Part shown: piece after piece, positions 8,270-17,627 of the stretch
How positions within the stretch are numbered: position 1 is the first letter of the stretch
How the letters are laid out: each line of letters starts with the position of its first letter
NCBI GenBank assembly: GCA_043804035.1
Contig: JAZDJJ010000144.1
Coordinates: forward strand, 1-52,447
Reading direction: 5' to 3'
Length of the DNA stretch: 52,447 nucleotides
Source of the DNA: Bacteroidota bacterium
GTDB taxonomy: Bacteria > Bacteroidota > Bacteroidia > Palsa-948
Made by a program: the position numbers and the translations under genes
Notes under the pieces: generated by a model
What the model saw: the letters and a program-made list of their open reading frames with translations, nothing else
Databases searched by the model: none
Told to the model about the DNA's origin: nothing

Positions 8270-8321
8270 ATAAATTTTAATTTATAAATGAATGTTTGCG
8301 TAAGTTGTGAAAAAATTATTT

Positions 8322-10073
8322 CTACCTCATAAACTCCGCCTTGTAGATACTAATATTATTTTTTTCATCCACAACTTCTATCTGAAAAATGTGATTACCT
8401 TTCTCTATCCGTTCATCAAATTCATAAAACAGCAATGCTTTCTTCGGTTCGTATTCCATCAGTATCCATTTGTCATCAATCGTAGGGCGGTAAGATTTTA
8501 TTCCTGTAAGATTGTCTGAAATAATTACTGAAATTGTTTTCGCATGGCTCATGTTCTTACCATTATATATATTATATGGTTTGATTGATGGGGGCACTGT
8601 ATCAATTGCAACAGTGAACCTACCGAAATATTTTGTTTGAGTAGTAATCCATCCGTCTTTGTATTCTCCTTTCTGATTGGTCATATAATTTTTTCCGTCC
8701 AGCAAAACGATGGTTACTTTTGACTGATATTTTTCGGGAATAGGTTTTGTTTTGATAGAAAGAGAATAGTTTGTATGCAATGGAACATTTGATTTGTGAA
8801 TGGTGTGAACGGGAGCAAATTTGTGTGGCAAAGTATCTTCCGATATGGAATAATCAAAATTAAGATTCTTGTACAATGCACGTGGAGGAATTTCTATTTT
8901 AATATTTTGAGTTTTGTATTTATTCAATTCGTTGCACTTAAAAAAAATTCCTTGGCTTTTATCCTCAATACCTTTTCCAAAAGAAATTGAAGTTTGTTGT
9001 AAACTTTGAACTTTAAATTCCAACACAGAAGAGTTTTTGAAAAAATCTTTCACAATGAATTTCACAAGATGAGATGAAGTATCATCAAAGCGAAATAATC
9101 CTTCATTTAAAATACACTGATAGATAGAAAGATTGTTGTTTTCATCCCTAAAACATTTCTGAATTTGTTTTCTGCTCCTCATGTTTTCTGCATAATCAAT
9201 ATGTGAATTGATATAGCGGGATTCGTCAAAAGAAATTTTATTCAGTTCGTGATAATAAATTCTTTGTCCGTCAATGTATAAATCAATTGAATATGCACCA
9301 AGTTTTCCTGCTTCGGGAATATTTGCATAATCATAAGTTTCTATTCCAAAGCCGATGTCGCCATGTACAGTAATTTTTTCAGCCGAAGAAATTTTATATT
9401 TTCCTTTATTTCCATAAACACCTATTTTTCTCAAAACATTTTTTCCATTGACAGAAGAGAAATCATTTGCAGGATAAATTGCAAGTGTCGGAATTTTCGG
9501 AGGAAAAGAATCATTCAGTTTATAGCCGAAAAGAAACGGGTTGTATGCACATTCTATCTTTGCATCGCGTATTTCAAAATGAAGATGAGGTGCTTGTGAG
9601 CCACCTGTATTTCCTGAAAGAGCAACTGTATCATGTTGTCTCACCAAAAGCAAATTTGAATCAGGAAAAAGTTCTACATCATACATTTCTGCTTTATACT
9701 GTTCCAGTTTTATATACTTCGCAATCTTTCCGTAAAAACGTTGAAGATGTGAGTACAGGGTTACATATCCGTTTGGATGCGTGATGTAAATGCATTTACC
9801 ATATCCATAAGGAGAAATTTTTATACGCGAAACATATCCATCAGCAGCAGATAAAATATAAACGCCTTCTCTTCCACCTGTTTTTATATCAAGTCCTGCA
9901 TGAAAATGGTTTGGACGTATCTCTCCGAAATTTCCCGCAATCTTCAGAGATGAATCGGTTGGCTCAACAAAATATCCTTGCGGAAATTGGGTTATGGTCG
10001 TTGGCTTTAGTTCTTTGTTTTGTCCAAAAATATTTGTAACACAAAAAAAGAAGAAAAAAAAATAAGTTTGCAT
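8322..10073 (-). CDS. M23 family metallopeptidase (peptidoglycan endopeptidase-like)
   Basis: HFHAGLDI (HxxxD) and GNTGGSQAPHLHFEI (HxH) motifs. I prefer the ATG at 10073 (MQTYFFFFFFCVTNIFGQ, signal-like). The tracked start at 10142 would overlap the divergent gene at 10120. Confidence 0.85.
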   Translation of the reverse strand: MQTYFFFFFFCVTNIFGQNKELKPTTITQFPQGYFVEPTDSSLKIAGNFGEIRPNHFHAGLDIKTGGREGVYILSAADGYVSRIKISPYGYGKCIYITHPNGYVTLYSHLQRFYGKIAKYIKLEQYKAEMYDVELFPDSNLLLVRQHDTVALSGNTGGSQAPHLHFEIRDAKIECAYNPFLFGYKLNDSFPPKIPTLAIYPANDFSSVNGKNVLRKIGVYGNKGKYKISSAEKITVHGDIGFGIETYDYANIPEAGKLGAYSIDLYIDGQRIYYHELNKISFDESRYINSHIDYAENMRSRKQIQKCFRDENNNLSIYQCILNEGLFRFDDTSSHLVKFIVKDFFKNSSVLEFKVQSLQQTSISFGKGIEDKSQGIFFKCNELNKYKTQNIKIEIPPRALYKNLNFDYSISEDTLPHKFAPVHTIHKSNVPLHTNYSLSIKTKPIPEKYQSKVTIVLLDGKNYMTNQKGEYKDGWITTQTKYFGRFTVAIDTVPPSIKPYNIYNGKNMSHAKTISVIISDNLTGIKSYRPTIDDKWILMEYEPKKALLFYEFDERIEKGNHIFQIEVVDEKNNISIYKAEFMR

Positions 10074-10119
10074 AATTCGTGATGAATCGTATTTTTGTAA
10101 ATAAAATTTTTCTAAAAAA

Positions 10120-10410
10120 ATGAGTAACATAAAACTTGTCATTACTTTAATTGAAGCGAAAATAAAAAAATTAGTAGATTTGCATTTTCAATATAAAAAA
10201 GAACTCACTGAACTTAAAAATCAAAATAACGAATTTAAACAAAACATAAAACAATTAAAACAAATTAATAAAGACCTTGAAGAAAAAAATAAGATATTAA
10301 AATTATCCAAGTTAATATCAGGCACAAACGAAAACACCTATGAACTTAAATTAAAAATTAACGAACAGGTCCGGGAAGTCGACAAGTGTATTGCACTATT
10401 AAATAAGTAG
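10120..10410 (+). CDS. Small coiled-coil protein upstream of zapA (hypothetical, division-associated by context)
   Basis: 96 aa with heptad-rich K/E/L/N composition. Sits 15 nt upstream of zapA. Confidence 0.5.
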   Translation: MSNIKLVITLIEAKIKKLVDLHFQYKKELTELKNQNNEFKQNIKQLKQINKDLEEKNKILKLSKLISGTNENTYELKLKINEQVREVDKCIALLNK

Positions 10411-10425
10411 TCAAAAGAATTAAAA

Positions 10426-10713
10426 ATGAAAGACCAACTGTCTATAAAAGTTATGCTTGCAGGAAGAAGTTATCCTCTTACCATTGAAAAACATGAAGAG
10501 GAAAGCATACGAAAAGCGGTGAAACATATAAACGAAAAAGTAAGTGAATACGAAAAAAAATACAATCTAAAAGACAGAGAGTATTTATTAGGAATGATTT
10601 CGCTTTTTTTTGCTTCTCAATATCTTGAATTGCAACATACTTCCGAATGTAATAACAGTAGCATGACCGACAAGTTGGAAAAAATTGATAAACTTATTTC
10701 ATCTGTCATTTGA
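10426..10713 (+). CDS. zapA: Cell division protein ZapA
   Basis: 95 aa. Pattern I.V.LAGRSYPLTIE..EEESIRKAVKHINEKV is typical ZapA, and position just before rny is common in Bacteroidota. Confidence 0.7.
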   Translation: MKDQLSIKVMLAGRSYPLTIEKHEEESIRKAVKHINEKVSEYEKKYNLKDREYLLGMISLFFASQYLELQHTSECNNSSMTDKLEKIDKLISSVI

Positions 10714-10750
10714 CGGAGAAAAGAGTAATTCGCTGACGAAATATTTTCAT

Positions 10751-10791
10751 CCCGTACTTGTTCATAGAAATGAACTTGTATGGGTTTTTTT
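10751..10791 (+). terminator. Intrinsic terminator-like hairpin after zapA
   Basis: CCCGTACTTGTTCAT-agaa-ATGAACTTGTATGGG pairs at 13 of 15 positions including one G-U. It is followed by TTTTTTT. Confidence 0.55.
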
Positions 10792-10840
10792 ATACCTAAA
10801 TTAAACAACCAATAACGAAAACAATCAATTATTAATATAT

Positions 10841-12394
10841 ATGAACTCTTACATAATACTGCTTTTACTCTCTCTTGCTGCTGTAGGCGGAATAGGATTA
10901 GGAATTTTATTTACCACTACTGTTCTCAAAAATACTCTTCTGAAAAAAAGTCAGATTAAAATAAAAGAAGATGATATAGAAGCCGAAAAAATGAGAAACG
11001 ACAAACTCCTTCAGGCAAGAGAAAAGTTTCTTCAACTGAAATCGGAACATGATAATTTCATTAATGAAAAGAACAGGTCTATTAATATTTTAGAATCTCG
11101 GGCAAAACAAAAAGAACAACAACTATCGCAACGATTAGAACAGGTGCAGCGAAAAGAAAAAGAACTGGAAACTCTTCGCAGTAATCTTTCCGGACAATTA
11201 GAAATAATAGAAAAGAAAAAAACAGAACTTGATAAAGGATTGCAAAAACAAATAGCCGGTCTTGAAATCGTTGCAAAACTTTCAGAGGAAGAAGCAAAAG
11301 CACAATTAGTAGAATCACTTAAAACGAAAGCACAAGCCGAAGCTATGTCTTTTGTTAAACAGGCAATAGATGAAGCAAAACTTTCTGCAAGTAAAGAAGC
11401 CAAGAGGATTGTAATTCAAACCATTCAGCGCGTTCCTACCGAACACGCCATTGAAAATTCGGTTACTGTATTTAATATTGAGAACGATGACATGAAAGGA
11501 AGAATTATTGGACGTGAAGGCAGGAACATTCGCACATTGGAATCATTAACGGGCGTTGAACTTATTGTTGACGATACTCCTGAAGCTATTGTTCTTTCCT
11601 GTTTTGATCCTATACGTAGAGAAATTGCCCGACTTTCTCTTCATCATCTTGTTGCAGATGGGCGTATTCATCCCGCACGGATAGAAGAAGTTGTTGAGAA
11701 AATAAAAAAACAAGTTGAAGAAGAAATTATTGAAATCGGAAAACGTACTACTATTGATATGGGTGTTCATGGTTTGCATCCTGAATTAGTTCGTTGTGTA
11801 GGAAGAATGAAATACCGTTCATCTTACGGACAAAATCTTTTGCAGCATTCCCGCGAAGTTGCTAATCTATGTGCTATTATATCTGCCGAACTCGGACTAA
11901 ATCCAAAAGTTGCTAAACGTGCCGGACTTCTACACGACATTGGTAAAGTGATGGAAGAAGATATTGAACTTCCTCACGCTATTGCCGGAATGAAATTTAT
12001 TGAGAAGTACAAAGAGAAACCGGAAATATGCAATGCCGTAGGATCTCACCACGATGAAATAGAAATGACATCTATATTTGCTCCTATCGTGCAAATATGC
12101 GATGCGATTTCAGGAGCACGACCAGGCGCAAGACGTGAAATTCATCAACAATATATTCAACGTTTGAAGGATATGGAAAACCTTGCTCTTGCACAAAACG
12201 GTGTAGAAAAAGCTTTTGCAATACAAGCAGGCAGAGAATTGCGTGTGATTGTTTCCAGCGATAAAATGTCAGACAAAGATGTAGAAACACTTTCGTTTAA
12301 CATCGCCAATAAGATTCAAACAGAAATGACTTATCCCGGACAAGTGAAGGTAACAGTGATTCGCGAAACAAGAGCGGTAAATATTGCGAAGTAA
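10841..12394 (+). CDS. rny: Ribonuclease Y
   Basis: 517 aa. N-terminal TM helix, long coiled coil, KH domain ([13 protein letters not shown]) and HD domain (LLHDIGK, GSHHDE). Confidence 0.95.
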   Translation: MNSYIILLLLSLAAVGGIGLGILFTTTVLKNTLLKKSQIKIKEDDIEAEKMRNDKLLQAREKFLQLKSEHDNFINEKNRSINILESRAKQKEQQLSQRLEQVQRKEKELETLRSNLSGQLEIIEKKKTELDKGLQKQIAGLEIVAKLSEEEAKAQLVESLKTKAQAEAMSFVKQAIDEAKLSASKEAKRIVIQTIQRVPTEHAIENSVTVFNIENDDMKGRIIGREGRNIRTLESLTGVELIVDDTPEAIVLSCFDPIRREIARLSLHHLVADGRIHPARIEEVVEKIKKQVEEEIIEIGKRTTIDMGVHGLHPELVRCVGRMKYRSSYGQNLLQHSREVANLCAIISAELGLNPKVAKRAGLLHDIGKVMEEDIELPHAIAGMKFIEKYKEKPEICNAVGSHHDEIEMTSIFAPIVQICDAISGARPGARREIHQQYIQRLKDMENLALAQNGVEKAFAIQAGRELRVIVSSDKMSDKDVETLSFNIANKIQTEMTYPGQVKVTVIRETRAVNIAK

Positions 12395-12406
12395 GTTTTA
12401 TTAGTA

Positions 12407-13255
12407 ATGAAATCTGTAAAAAAAAATCAAATTATCATAGAGGCAAATGTCTCATCAAAAAATTATTGGAAAGATATTTGGAGTTTCCGAGAGTTGTTTT
12501 ATTTTTTTGCTTGGCGCGATATTCTTGTTCGCTACAAACAAACTGTAATTGGAGTTGCATGGAGTATTATCCGTCCGTTGCTGGCTATTTTTATTTTTTC
12601 ATTCTTGGGATATTTGTTTGGCATAAGTAATCAAGGCACAAATAGAATCCTGATGGTAACAGCCGCCATTTTACCCTGGCAATTTTTTTCAAGTGCATTT
12701 AGCGAAGCAAGTGGTTCGCTCGTTGCTAACTCCGGACTCATTTCAAAAATTTATTTTCCACGACTAATTATTCCTGCAAGTTCTGTAATTGTTTGTTTGT
12801 TTGATCTTATTATATCGTTTGTGATTCTGATTATTTTCATGATTTGCTTTAAACAAATTCCCGGAGTAAATATTCTTTTTCTGCCATTATTTATATTACA
12901 GGCAATAGTCACAACATTCGGATTGAGTTTGTTTATTGCTGCGATGAACGTGAAATACAGAGATTTCAGATATGTCATTCCTTTCATCGTTCAAATCGGT
13001 TATTTTATTTCTCCATTGATGTTCAGCAGCGACGAAATTTATAACAGCACCAAAATACCTCAACTTATCAAAGTGCTTTACTCAATGAATCCGATGGTCG
13101 GTGTAATTGATGGATTCCGATGGAGTATTTTGGGAGATAAAATGAATATTTATACTGCCGGATTTTTGATTTCAATCGGCATCAGTTTGTTTTTTCTTTT
13201 TGTAGGAATAATATATTTTCGAAAAGTTGAAAAAAGTTTCGCAGATTTTATCTAA
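12407..13255 (+). CDS. wzm: ABC-2 type polysaccharide/O-antigen export permease
   Basis: 282 aa with six hydrophobic segments. N-terminal W.YRELF.F.AWRDI.VRYKQT is characteristic of Wzm/TagG/KpsM permeases. Confidence 0.8.
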   Translation: MKSVKKNQIIIEANVSSKNYWKDIWSFRELFYFFAWRDILVRYKQTVIGVAWSIIRPLLAIFIFSFLGYLFGISNQGTNRILMVTAAILPWQFFSSAFSEASGSLVANSGLISKIYFPRLIIPASSVIVCLFDLIISFVILIIFMICFKQIPGVNILFLPLFILQAIVTTFGLSLFIAAMNVKYRDFRYVIPFIVQIGYFISPLMFSSDEIYNSTKIPQLIKVLYSMNPMVGVIDGFRWSILGDKMNIYTAGFLISIGISLFFLFVGIIYFRKVEKSFADFI

Positions 13256-14448
13256 TGGAAACAATTATTAAAGTTGAACAAATAAGTAAAAGTTATGTGC
13301 TTAGGCATGAAAAACAAGCACGATATATTGCATTAAGAGATGTCATTACGAATAAAACCAAACAACTATTTCAGAAAGAAAAAAATATTCCTTCCAAAGA
13401 AATTTTTTGGGCGTTGAACAATGTTAGTTTCGAGATCAAAGAAAGAGAACGACTCGGAATAATCGGAAGAAATGGTGCTGGTAAATCTACACTGCTTAAA
13501 ATTCTCAGCCGCATTGTTGAGCCAACAAAAGGACGAATTACTATCAACGGTCGTATTGCCAGTTTACTTGAAGTTGGAACAGGTTTTCATCCGGAACTCA
13601 CAGGCAGAGAAAATATCTTTTTAAATGGTGCTATACTCGGAATGAGCAAATCAGAAATTTTGAGGAAGTTTGATGAAATAGTTGCATTTGCCGAAATAGA
13701 AAAATTTCTTGACACTCCTGTAAAAAGATATTCATCAGGAATGTATGTACGTCTTGCATTTGCAGTTGCCGCACATTTGGAACCAGAAATTCTTATTGTA
13801 GATGAAGTGTTGGCGGTTGGCGATGCCGAGTTTCAGAAAAAATGTCTTGGCAAAATGAAAGATGCAAGCAGAAATGAAGGGAGGACAGTTATTTTTGTAA
13901 GTCATAATATGAGTGCTATTCGTTCCATTTGCACAAGAGCAATTCTTTTAGAAGACGGAAAAATAAATTGTATAGGCGATGTTAATGAGGTCTTGCCTTT
14001 TTATCTTGGGTTAAGCAATACGAAAAGTATTAAAGGATTTAAAATTGCTGCAATCCCATTATCTTCAACCGGTGAATGGGAAATTGGTACAGATATAGAA
14101 ATATCTGTGAGTTGGGAAAAATATAAATATGCTCCCGGATGGCATTGTGATATTGCATGCTATACTTTAGATGGTTCAAAAATATTTGCTTTGGAAAGTC
14201 ATAAGTTTAAAGATTTCTTTTCAAATGATAAAGAGTACAACGGTATTAAATTTATTGTGAGAAATATAGGTTTTAATTCTGATGATTTGCGTATTGATGT
14301 AGGAGTAAAAAGAGCAGCTGCAGAATCCTACTTTGTGGTTTTAGAAAACTGTATTATTTTAACTCCAAGTAATAAAAATATTCCCGATTACAAACGTGAA
14401 GATGTCATTATAGTTCCTCCATCCCAATGTCAGGCAATAAAAAATTAA
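13255..14448 (+). CDS. wzt: Polysaccharide/O-antigen ABC exporter ATP-binding protein with extra C-terminal domain
   Basis: 397 aa. Walker [10 protein letters not shown], signature [12 protein letters not shown], Walker [13 protein letters not shown]. About 150 aa follow the NBD, as in Wzt/TagH. Start overlaps the wzm stop (TAATG). Confidence 0.8.
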   Translation: METIIKVEQISKSYVLRHEKQARYIALRDVITNKTKQLFQKEKNIPSKEIFWALNNVSFEIKERERLGIIGRNGAGKSTLLKILSRIVEPTKGRITINGRIASLLEVGTGFHPELTGRENIFLNGAILGMSKSEILRKFDEIVAFAEIEKFLDTPVKRYSSGMYVRLAFAVAAHLEPEILIVDEVLAVGDAEFQKKCLGKMKDASRNEGRTVIFVSHNMSAIRSICTRAILLEDGKINCIGDVNEVLPFYLGLSNTKSIKGFKIAAIPLSSTGEWEIGTDIEISVSWEKYKYAPGWHCDIACYTLDGSKIFALESHKFKDFFSNDKEYNGIKFIVRNIGFNSDDLRIDVGVKRAAAESYFVVLENCIILTPSNKNIPDYKREDVIIVPPSQCQAIKN

Positions 14449-15206
14449 ATACAGAAAATAATTTAGTTAGTCGGAACTACTGGGATAATTCCTACGAAAA
14501 TTATCAATTTGTTTTGCCTCCAACGAATGATAAAGTCAGACAATGGATTGAGCAATATATTCCTCCGGGGAAAGATAAATCATGCTTTGAAATCGGTTGT
14601 TTCCCGGGCAGATATTTATCAGTATTTGGTCAATTAGGTTATGAGTTGAATGGCATTGATATTACTTCGCGGGTGGAAAATGATTTACAAGATTGGTTGA
14701 TAAAATCCAATTTTAAAGTAGGAGAAATTTTCAAGATGAATGTTTTTGATTATCGCTCTCCGAAACTTTTTGATATAGTTTGTTCATTTGGTTTTATTGA
14801 ACATTTTAAAAACTGGGAAGAAGTGCTTATCATTCATGCACAATTGGTAAAACAGAATGGATTTTTAATAATTGAAACACCCAATTTCCGTGGATTTATT
14901 CAGCATGCAATTCATTATGTTTTAGACCATGAAAATTTAGAACGACATTTTCTTGCCGCTATGAATCCATATAAGTGGAAACGAGTATTGGAACAATTAG
15001 GTTTTGAAATTATTTATTGTGGTTACTTTTCTGAATTTGAATACTGGTTAGATAAGTCACCAACAGGTTTTTGGAAAAAAATTCTTTGTAGTGGATTATC
15101 AAAAGCAAAAAGTTGCATGAAATTATTGCCGCCAAATAATTCTGTTTATAGTCCTTATTGCGGACTTATTGCAAAAAAAAGTGGCTCACTTTCTTATGGC
15201 ATATAA
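14427..15206 (+). CDS. Class I SAM-dependent methyltransferase
   Basis: 259 aa. Motif I-like [11 protein letters not shown], then [12 protein letters not shown] and [10 protein letters not shown]. Overlaps wzt by 22 nt. Confidence 0.7.
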   Translation: MSGNKKLNTENNLVSRNYWDNSYENYQFVLPPTNDKVRQWIEQYIPPGKDKSCFEIGCFPGRYLSVFGQLGYELNGIDITSRVENDLQDWLIKSNFKVGEIFKMNVFDYRSPKLFDIVCSFGFIEHFKNWEEVLIIHAQLVKQNGFLIIETPNFRGFIQHAIHYVLDHENLERHFLAAMNPYKWKRVLEQLGFEIIYCGYFSEFEYWLDKSPTGFWKKILCSGLSKAKSCMKLLPPNNSVYSPYCGLIAKKSGSLSYGI

Positions 15207-15209
15207 CCA

Positions 15210-16757
15210 TTAAATTTCTATTTCCTCTTCATTCTTATTAAAAAAATGATACTCTAATATATGATGAGAAGTAACCGCTTTCACTTTGATTTTCCTGCGA
15301 TATTTCAAAAACCATTTATGCCGTATGGTTGGCAATCCTTTGTTTAAATAAGCGTCAATAAACGGATGTACTGTGAGTAAAATACCTCGCTGATTCTGTT
15401 CTTTGACCAAATAATTCAAGTCCTTTTCTATTTGATCAAGCAAAAGAATACTTGACTGTACTTCACCGCTCCCACCACAAGAAGGACATTTTTCTGTGGT
15501 TTTCATGCTCAACTGCGGACGTATTCGCTCACGTGTTATCTGCACCAACCCGAAACGGCTCGGAGGTAAAACCGTATGAGTAGCAGGATCAGTATGCATC
15601 GCCTCTTTCATTTTATTGTACAAATCTCGCTTGTTGCTTGTGTTGCGCAAATCAATAAAATCTACCACAATGATTCCACCAATATCTCGCAACCGTAACT
15701 GTCTCGCCACTTCTTCTGCCGCTTCCATGTTTACAGTAAGAGCATTACTTTCCTGATCTTTATTAGAGTGTGTTCTTCCGCTGTTCACATCAATTACATG
15801 CAGAGCTTCTGTGTGTTCAATGATAAGATATCCACCCGATTTCAAACTCACGGTTTTACCAAATGAAGATTTTATCTGCTTATCAATTCCAAAATGTTCA
15901 AAGATGGGAGTTACTCCTTTATAATGTTTTACAATACTCACTTTATCGGGAGCAATGGTTTGCAAATAAGATTTTATCTCGTTGTAAAGTTTTTGATTGT
16001 CAATATAAATATTCTGAAAAGATGCGTTAAGTATATCCCGCAAAACAACCATGGAACGATTCATTTCTCCAAGCACAACCTTCGGAGGTATTGCGCCTTT
16101 AAGTGCCTCCCACATCTTGTTCCACTTTTCCATAAGGTCTTTAAGGTCTGTATCCAATTCCATTACATTTTGATTTTCGGCAACAGTACGAATAATGACG
16201 CCAAAATTCTTCGGCTTGATTGACTCTACGAGTTGCCTGAGACGGTCACGTTCAACTAATTTTCTTATTTTCTGTGAAATGGAAATATTATCGGCAAAAG
16301 GCATCAACACTAAAAATCTTCCGGGCAATGTGATATGCGAAGTAAGACGCGGACCTTTATTGGAAATTGGCTCTTTCATAATCTGCACTAAAACTTTTTG
16401 ATTTAATGAAAGAACTTTAGCAATCTTTCCTGTCTTTGCAATATCTTTTTCCATCTGAAAGTCGTCTATGGAAGAATTTTTCATCTCCCCGGAAACAGAA
16501 AGATTAACAAATTTGTTGAAAGACAGAATTTTGGAACCAAGGTCAAGGTAATGCAGGAAAGCATCTTTCTCGTGACCCACGTCAATGAAAGACGCATTGA
16601 GCCCTGACAAGTTTTTTTTTACACTGCCAAGCAGAATATCACCCACGGCAAATCCTGCATTCACTTTTTCGCGATGCATTTCAATGAGCCGTTTATCAGC
16701 AAGAAGTGCTATAATAACTTCCGAAGAAGAAAAGGTAATGATAAGTTCGTTGTTCAT
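15210..16757 (-). CDS. rng: Ribonuclease E/G family endoribonuclease
   Basis: 515 aa. S1 domain (GDILLGSVKKNLSGLNASFIDVG), catalytic core (IIVVDFIDL) and Zn-link CPSCGGSG. Confidence 0.9.
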   Translation of the reverse strand: MNNELIITFSSSEVIIALLADKRLIEMHREKVNAGFAVGDILLGSVKKNLSGLNASFIDVGHEKDAFLHYLDLGSKILSFNKFVNLSVSGEMKNSSIDDFQMEKDIAKTGKIAKVLSLNQKVLVQIMKEPISNKGPRLTSHITLPGRFLVLMPFADNISISQKIRKLVERDRLRQLVESIKPKNFGVIIRTVAENQNVMELDTDLKDLMEKWNKMWEALKGAIPPKVVLGEMNRSMVVLRDILNASFQNIYIDNQKLYNEIKSYLQTIAPDKVSIVKHYKGVTPIFEHFGIDKQIKSSFGKTVSLKSGGYLIIEHTEALHVIDVNSGRTHSNKDQESNALTVNMEAAEEVARQLRLRDIGGIIVVDFIDLRNTSNKRDLYNKMKEAMHTDPATHTVLPPSRFGLVQITRERIRPQLSMKTTEKCPSCGGSGEVQSSILLLDQIEKDLNYLVKEQNQRGILLTVHPFIDAYLNKGLPTIRHKWFLKYRRKIKVKAVTSHHILEYHFFNKNEEEIEI

Positions 16758-16775
16758 TTAAATATAGATTAAAGT

Positions 16776-17010
16776 TTACTGTTTAGGTCATTTATTTGGT
16801 TATCTGCCTGTGCCCTGCAGACAGGTGTGAAAATAGAAAATGGTATAGAAAAAAGAAATAAGTAATTAGAAAATAGAAAAATTCAGTTCTTGAAATATCT
16901 GAATAAATGTTTTCTTTCCATTCTCTTTTTTTACATTGCTACTTTCCATACTATTTTCCATTTTCTTCTAACGAATTAAAAAAAATTTATTACCCATCTT
17001 AAATAGTAAC
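16776..17010. repeat. Copy A of a ~230-bp mosaic repeat (inverted partner at 44829-45057)
   Basis: Hand alignment with the reverse complement of 44829-45057. A 52-nt block is identical (16835-16886 = rc 44948-44999) and flanked by similar sequence on both sides. The arms GAAAATAGAAAATGGTATAGAAAA and CTTTCCATACTATTTTCCATTTTC are near reverse complements of each other. Confidence 0.8.
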
Positions 17011-17229
17011 AATCAAAGTTTATCTGACAAAATCCTGTCTCCACATATAAATTATGTACAGGATGTCGGAATGTATTATCGTAGAAGAATGGGGAAACAA
17101 TAAAAGAAAAGAAAATGTTTTATCAAATAAAAAAATAATTCTATTCAGGGCAATAGAAATAAAAAGAATAGCAAACGATAGAACATACAAACATTCTACC
17201 ATTCTCTACTATTCCACCAACTACAAAGA

Positions 17230-17325
17230 TTAATGATCTTTCTTTTTATGACGATTCTTGCGTAAACGTTTCTTGCGCTTATGCGTGTTCATCTTTTTCC
17301 GTTTTCTTTTTTTTCCACTTGGCAT
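17230..17325 (-). CDS. 31-aa hyperbasic protein MPSGKKRKRKKMNTHKRKKRLRKNRHKKKDH, bS22-like ribosomal protein candidate
   Basis: Hand-translated ATG...TAA ORF below the track's size cut-off. The K/R pattern (KKRKRKKM..HKRKKRLRKNR) resembles mycobacterial bS22 (…[20 protein letters not shown]…) as I recall it. Confidence 0.5.
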   Translation of the reverse strand: MPSGKKRKRKKMNTHKRKKRLRKNRHKKKDH

Positions 17326-17627
17326 AGTAATAAAAGTTTTAAGTCCCTCCTACCCTACCCTATCTGTCGGCAGGTACTCTCTTTCCATAAGAAAAGATTT
17401 TTATTCCATATTTATCATCAATGGAAAGAGTTAGGAAAAGACGGTTAATTTTTTAATATATTGTTTTTATTATTTTTGATAATCAATGTGTTGTTGGTCA
17501 AATATTTATCTCTCACATAAATATTACATAAAATAAAATTTGTCAAAAGTAATAATATTTTAATTATCTTTATTATGTTTAATGCAAATATAAATTTTAT
17601 AGCGATAAAATATCTACGCACTGCTTC

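Noticed and set aside
10714-10840. zapA-rny spacer as a 6S RNA (ssrS follows zapA in E. coli)
   Set aside because: The spacer is only 127 nt and I can see a single ~40-nt hairpin plus a T-tract. That is too small and simple for a 6S-type extended hairpin with a central bubble. I called it a terminator instead.
17020-17202. 60-aa minus-strand ORF between mosaic repeat A and the bS22-like ORF
   Set aside because: It is a hydrophobic, AT-driven translation in repeat-flanking DNA with no start context or motif. It could still be a small membrane protein, but I cannot support that.
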